Positions 58,601-64,000 of a stretch of DNA of 64,000 bases are shown one piece after another; within the stretch, counting starts at the first letter, position 1; each line of letters opens with the position of its first letter. The position numbers and the translations under genes were made by a program. Source of the DNA: Selaginella moellendorffii (taxonomy: Eukaryota > Plantae > Lycopodiophyta); NCBI RefSeq assembly GCF_000143415.4, contig NW_003314316.1:874669-938668 (forward strand), read 5' to 3'. The notes below the pieces were generated by a model. That model had not been told where the DNA came from and ran no database searches. It was given only the letters and a program-made list of their open reading frames with translations.

Positions 58601-60150
58601 TTTATTTGCGCCAGAATGAATGACGCGGCCGGACGAGCCTCAAGTTAGAAAAGTGCGTTTACATGAAGAACATTCAGACAGAATGCAGCAATGAGATAAA
58701 TAGAAAAAGAAAAAAACGAAAAAACGTGAGAGAAAAATTTGCAAAAAAAAACGACAAACATGGCAGAGCACCTTTAGACCAGCCAACTTTTACTGCAAAG
58801 ACCAACACAATCTCAAATCAGTAGAGTCCAAAGCACAAGTAGCACACAGGACCACTTAAAATCCAAAGTTCAAGTAGCACACCGGACCACTTAAACCACA
58901 AGTTTAGACATAGACAGACCCCCAACAAGGATGGCTAAAGCACAACTAGTCCTTGTCCTTTATTCTTGCTTCCCACCCAAACACTTCAGAAAAAAGAAAA
59001 AAGAAAAGACTTTGGTGACTTCAGATAGACAGAGAGTAGTACCAAAGACGTAAACATCACGCTGTGCCCATAAAGACTGGACGTAAAATGGAATGGAGCA
59101 AGCAAGAGATGCCGCTTCGCTACTTATCTGTTTGCCACATTAGTAATCCCTGCAGAGTTGCAGCTGCGACACCATGTCGCCCGCGCTTGTTGCCAGAGCC
59201 ACCAGCAGTCGTCGCTGTAATAAGTTCCTGCCAGATACATGTCATGAGACATTAGTAGTTGTATCTTCTACAATCACCCAGTAGATATGCTTCAAGCAAA
59301 GAAGAATCGAGGCAAATGCACTCAATCTGCAACGCCTGGAAAGGCTGCTGCATATGGTTAATCGCAAGAAAACAAAAAGAGAAACACACAGCATAAAGCT
59401 GGAGAGAATTGGAGAAATGCCCCTCCAGCCAGGAGGGACCAACTTTCAAGCTATCGCTCTCCAGAAATATCAAATCGAGAGAGCCACACTCACCACCACC
59501 CAAACCTGATTGAGATATCCGCAGCCTTTTCGGGACCACTACCAGCGCCAATATTCCCAGAAGCCGATCTGCTTGCAAAAGCAAAGTACAGTTATGGAGC
59601 GCAGCGAACAGGATGAAACAAAACCCATGCACAGCGAGAGCTCTACCTCACCTTTAATGGTCGACAAACTCTAGACTTACACTGGGAAAGTGCTGTCTTA
59701 AAATGAAAATGCAGCAAGAAGGGAAAAGCACTAGTCCTAAGACCGAGATCTTTTAGCTCGTCTTCATGCGAAGAACGAAAAAGAAGCAAGAAAGAGCTAG
59801 CCATGGAAAGCTCAAAACGAAATTTCTCGGCACGAGGCTGTAGAAATTTCCAAAAGACCGAGAACTTTAGCTCATCTACGTGTAAACGAAGCTAGTGAAA
59901 CAAAGAGCTAGCCATCCACTAAGGTCAAAAGAAAATTTCGTCACGAGGCTCGAGAAATCTCTCAAAAGGGACTAAAATCTCTCAAGAGCAGTAGAAGGCG
60001 GGACTTCGAATGCTCGAAAATCTCACAGCGGCGCCAAGATCTAGCTAAAACCCCAGCGCTTGCGGCTAATCGCGCAGCGCCATTGCGATCGAGGCGCAAG
60101 AGACAGACACTCACCGATCCAAGGCGCCGCTCCTCTTTGCTAAAACCCTA
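55700..60150 (-). ncRNA. Putative multi-exon long non-coding (or pseudogenic) transcript convergent on WIP
   Basis: Minus-strand TAGGGTTT/GC-rich start near 60150, then many consensus donors (approx. 60114, 59651, 58236, 57996, 57532, 56673, 56310, 55903) with T-rich tracts ending in AG. No continuous ORF recognised. Confidence 0.35.
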
Positions 60151-60549
60151 GCGCCCGCCAATGGCAAATTTAAAATGGAGTATGGTATTAGAGAAGTTTA
60201 TATCATTGTCTTAGAGTTATTGCCAATAGCCTGCTCGCCACCATTTGTCAATCCAAGAGAGGAGAGATGAGAACTTCCATGGGATAATGGAGAACTTAAA
60301 GGAAGAACACGTATGGAGAGATTGGGAGAAAAACAGACGATAAAAAGATAGAGACAAGAAAAGAATGTCAAGACAAAAGAACGAGAGAAAACTTCACAAA
60401 GAGATATGAAAAGTACCATGGAGAACTCAAAAGAGAGAGAAAGAACTTAAGAAGAGAAGAATGGCGGGAAAACTTACAAAGAGAAGAATGGCGAGAAACC
60501 TTACAAAGAGACGAACGAGAGAGGAAGGATGAAGCTTACTTGGTGGATT

Positions 60550-61341
60550 CTAGGAGCTTGATGCCGGAGCCCCGGACGAATTCGAGGTCGCTGGTTGCTG
60601 CGGCCACATTTGCTGCTGGGTCATGTAAGGACCGGGAATTCCCTGCGGCCGCTGCTGAGAAAACATCGCTGGATCAACTGGCATTGCTGGTCTTCCCACA
60701 ACCGGCGATCCAAGCGGCGACGCCCCCGCCGCCGCCTGTCCCTGCGCCGCTGGAGGCACGTAGTACAACCCCGGGTACTGCATTGGATCCCCTGGAGGCC
60801 CAACCGGCATGGCTGCTCGAGTCACTCCCAGAGTCTCCTCCTTGAGCTCGTCCCTGGGAACTATATCCACCAGAAAGTCGAAGATGTCCGTGCGAGTGAT
60901 CGCCGCGGCGATGTCGTTCTTCTGCAGCGTCCGCCGCTTGTTCTCCTCGGTGTGGATCCAGGAGCGCAGCGTGAGCTCCAAGATGAACATCTCGCACGCC
61001 TTTGCGAAGAGCACTGGTGCCTCCGCCGAGATCATCCTCACGTCCTCGTCGGCCTTCATGATCTTCTTGATCCGGGCCAGTGGAAGCTGGTGGTTCTTGA
61101 AATCGTTCACTTGCTCGATTTCTTGCATCTGTCCCTGCCAGAATTGCTGGAGCTGCTGCTGGTGCTGCTGCTGCATTTGCTGGTAACCTAGCGCTTGCTG
61201 GAATGCCACGGCCGACTGCGCTGCTCCTGGAACCTGACCAGCCGCCATGGGAGTTCCTGGCGCTCCCCCGCCCGGCGGCGCTGGAAATCCCGCTTGCATC
61301 GGCTGCCCGATGGCCGGCGCCGTGCCCTGGTGCTGCTCCAT
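60550..61341 (-). CDS. NF-YC: Nuclear factor Y subunit C (HAP5/CBF-C histone-fold protein, 263 aa)
   Basis: [84 protein letters not shown]. The first in-frame ATG is 61341 (the ORF-track start is a GTG). Confidence 0.96.
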   Translation of the reverse strand: MEQHQGTAPAIGQPMQAGFPAPPGGGAPGTPMAAGQVPGAAQSAVAFQQALGYQQMQQQHQQQLQQFWQGQMQEIEQVNDFKNHQLPLARIKKIMKADEDVRMISAEAPVLFAKACEMFILELTLRSWIHTEENKRRTLQKNDIAAAITRTDIFDFLVDIVPRDELKEETLGVTRAAMPVGPPGDPMQYPGLYYVPPAAQGQAAAGASPLGSPVVGRPAMPVDPAMFSQQRPQGIPGPYMTQQQMWPQQPATSNSSGAPASSS

Positions 61342-61379
61342 GCCCAGCGGCGACGAAATCCCTGCCTCACTCACCGGTT

Positions 61380-61422
61380 TCACGCGATAATCCTCACCAG
61401 ATGTGGCTCATCCATCGCGCAT
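61380..61422 (-). promoter_or_regulatory. Three overlapping upstream ORFs in the NF-YC leader
   Basis: 61422-61408 MRDG*, 61415-61380 [11 protein letters not shown], 61411-61394 MSHIW*; one in each frame. Confidence 0.5.
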
Positions 61423-61753
61423 TGCCACGATTTTCCTGAGAATTTCCACGGCTAGGCGTCCGGGAGTGGCTTACCGGTCGAGCGCGCGTCGCGAGATTTC
61501 TCCAAGAACCCTAGCGCCTTGCTCCCGAGCTCTCGGCGCCAAGCTGCTCAAAAAACTCCATAGCAAATCCCTGCGCAGTAACGTGGCCGCGTGTCATTCG
61601 TCGATGGCTCGATAATGGATGACACGACAGTGAGAAGATGAAGGGCCTGGATGCCTCCACGCCTCACCTTCACAGAATATCCAGGCAGAATCGCTAACTG
61701 ACGGAAAAAGTATATCCAAAGAATCATGGTTATTTCCCTTTTACCCTTTGTTA

Positions 61754-62178
61754 CTAGTGGTGATGGTCTTGTACATATCTAAGGCCACAGTATTTGCACA
61801 CTTGGGGATGTGGAAGATCCAAGCAAATAAACTCCACCGGATGCCCTAGCGCTAAATTATTCCCTGGAAGAACGCAGGAATCCATGAGAAAACTGGAAGA
61901 ATTCTATCGCGGTGCCGCGAGATTATACCTCCTATGCAAGCTACGATTCGATCGTGGACAACAATCGGTGGTACCTCGCTGATGAGTTGCATCGGCGATT
62001 TCTTCTCCTTGTTCTATCAGATTTCCATAGAAGAATTTCAGGGAGAATCGAGAGAATCGAATGTAGCCACACTTACGTGCATCCATTTGGAGGTGTGATC
62101 CAGATCCAGCGCAGTGGAGATGCTGCGCGTGGACGCCCTTGAACTGCGAATGAATCTCGCGCACAGCGCCATAGCCAT
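61754..62178 (-). CDS. NDUFS6: NADH:ubiquinone oxidoreductase 13-kDa subunit (zf-CHCC, 98 aa); exons 62178-62077, 62013-61929, 61863-61754
   Basis: The spliced product is MAMALCARFIRSSRASTRSISTALDLDHTSKWMH|NKEKKSPMQLISEVPPIVVHDRIVACIGG|NNLALGHPVEFICLDLPHPQVCKYCGLRYVQDHHH*. It has a mitochondrial presequence and the C..GHP..C..C motif. Confidence 0.95.
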
Positions 62179-62622
62179 TTCGCCCAAGAACCCTAGAAAT
62201 GGAAAGACCTGAAAGAGAGAAATATTCTGTTAGTTTCACGGAATGTTCTTTAGAAGTATAGGGCAGATTCTGTTAGTCGGTGCGATAATAAGTGGCGGCA
62301 TCTTTGTATTCTTTGAATGTTTGCATGGAATTTACAATGTTGTATCGCCACATTGCGGCCTTTCGTCTCAGTCTCTTCATTTCGCCAGATTAGGGTTTCC
62401 ACGATCGATCCATCCTTCCAGCGGGAGCTCCTCGTCGCGGCGCATGCCGCCCTCCCTCGCTACTCTCTCGTCGCCATCGCTGGATTGCACGCGATCGCCA
62501 TCGTACTCCCGAAATATAGGGTTCGTGGAGGAGAGCGATGGAGCTCGCCGCGGCGATCGGCGCTGCAGCTGAGGAGGAGGATCAAGCGCGAGCGTCGTGA
62601 AGAAGCAAAGAAATCTTCCTCG

Positions 62623-64000
62623 ATGGGGAACGGTCCCAGCAACAGGAGGAATTCTCGCAGCTCTCAGCAGCAGCAGCCGCATCCAAGGGTAGGATCTCCT
62701 CCGCATGGCGGCGTCCTGCCGATCGCTGGAAGCTCTGGCCCGGCATCGCTGGGGCCATATTTCTATTCTCCCAGCTACCATGGACCTCTTCCAGCAGCCA
62801 TGGGCCCGCAAATCTACCAGCAGGGATTCATGCCCAGCAATGGGCAGTACATGATGAACGTTCCTCCTCCAGGCTATCGTCCCGTGAGTCCGGTGGGAGT
62901 TTCTCCTCAAATTCCTGGCAGCGCCACCGCCGCCGCCGCTATCCCAGTCGCCCATCACCAGAAAGCAAACACGATTCGCAACGACGTCAATCTCCGCAAG
63001 GCCACCTTGAGAATCGAGAAGGACGAGGAAAATCCGGGTTTTTATCTCGTAGCTTTCTCGTTCGATGCCACGGTTCCTGGCAAGTAAGTAAAAGCTCTTG
63101 TTCTTTTCTTCTTTAGAAACTTCGTTTTGGTATCACTTTGCTAACTTTGTTTGTGTTTGCTATGCAGTATATGTATTTTTTTTGTGGCCAAGGAAGGTGT
63201 GAATTGCAGCTTGACACCCATGAAGCCGCAAGTGTTTGATCCTGTCAAGGTCCCCTTTGACAAAGGTCTGGGACAAAAATTCCGGCAAGCACCTGGAACA
63301 GGGATAGACTTGTCTCTTTTCGAGGACGAGGACTTAGCTCACGAGGGACAGGACGAAACTTATGCCCTCGTTGTGCGAGCCGAGACTTATTCCAGAGATC
63401 CACCGGCTGATGCTCCATCCCGAGACACCGAGCCGCTGGGTGCTCCTCTGCCAAAATGGGTCCATTCCCAGACGACTCATGCCGTTGTGGAGCGCAAAGA
63501 TGGTGGAGAGTATGGTGTCCGGGTGATCAAGCAGATCATCTGGGTGGAGGGTGTGCGCTACGAGCTCCAGGAGATTTACGGGATCGAGAATAGCGGTGGT
63601 GGCAGCGGGGCCAACTTTGACGACTCGGGAAAAGAATGTGTGATTTGCATGTCTGAGCCCAGGGACACGACAGTTCTTCCTTGCAGACACATGGTAGGCT
63701 GGCTATATACTTCTGGTTTTCATAGCTCTTTTTTTTTTTTTTTTTTTCTTCTTGCAGTGTATGTGTAGCGAGTGCGCCAAAGTGCTGAGGTTCCAGACGA
63801 ACCGCTGCCCGATTTGTAGGTGCCCTGTGGAGCGACTGCTCGAGATCAAGGTTCCAAAGAATGATGCGGAGCAGCAAAGTAAAGAACCGGTTGAATCGAG
63901 CTATAGAACGTCAGCTAGCAAGTCCGAGGAGGACAGTGACGAAAGAGGAGGAGGAGATGCTAGCGCGGAAGTTCCAGCTCCAGCTCCAGCTCCCACAGAG
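62623..64000 (+). CDS. LOG2: LOG2/LUL (MGRN1-like) RING-HC E3 ubiquitin ligase, 3'-truncated by the window end; exons 62623-63083, 63168-63693, 63758->64000
   Basis: N-terminal MGN (myristoylation-type start), DAR2 region ([38 protein letters not shown]) and [44 protein letters not shown]. Confidence 0.95.

Overview
Eukaryotic plant nuclear DNA, most likely the lycophyte Selaginella (inferred from very short 47-70 bp introns, compact gene spacing and PLS-class PPR genes built from tandem 31-aa SS-type repeats). The left ~34 kb is mostly decayed transposable elements around a few genes. The elements are three copies of a ~1.8-kb LTR-like repeat, two Cassandra-type solo LTRs carrying a 5S rRNA internal promoter, a TA-flanked TIR element, a MULE/SWIM transposase relic, a Copia relic and a full-length Gypsy element with a 4-bp TSD and tRNA-Ala PBS. 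The genes are a GT77-type nucleotide-diphospho-sugar transferase, a small orphan ORF and a duplicated head-to-head PPR gene pair in which each copy kept a different gene. The right ~30 kb is gene dense: F-box/kelch, a third PPR, an ENT nucleoside transporter, a UNC-93-like MFS protein, bacterial-type PEPC (PPC4), a WIP C2H2 zinc finger, NF-YC, complex I subunit NDUFS6 (missed by the ORF track) and a LOG2/LUL RING E3 ligase running off the end. Several multi-intron, apparently non-coding tracts also occur, including one convergent on WIP. Exon boundaries were read by eye and family assignments come from recognised motifs; no database search was run.
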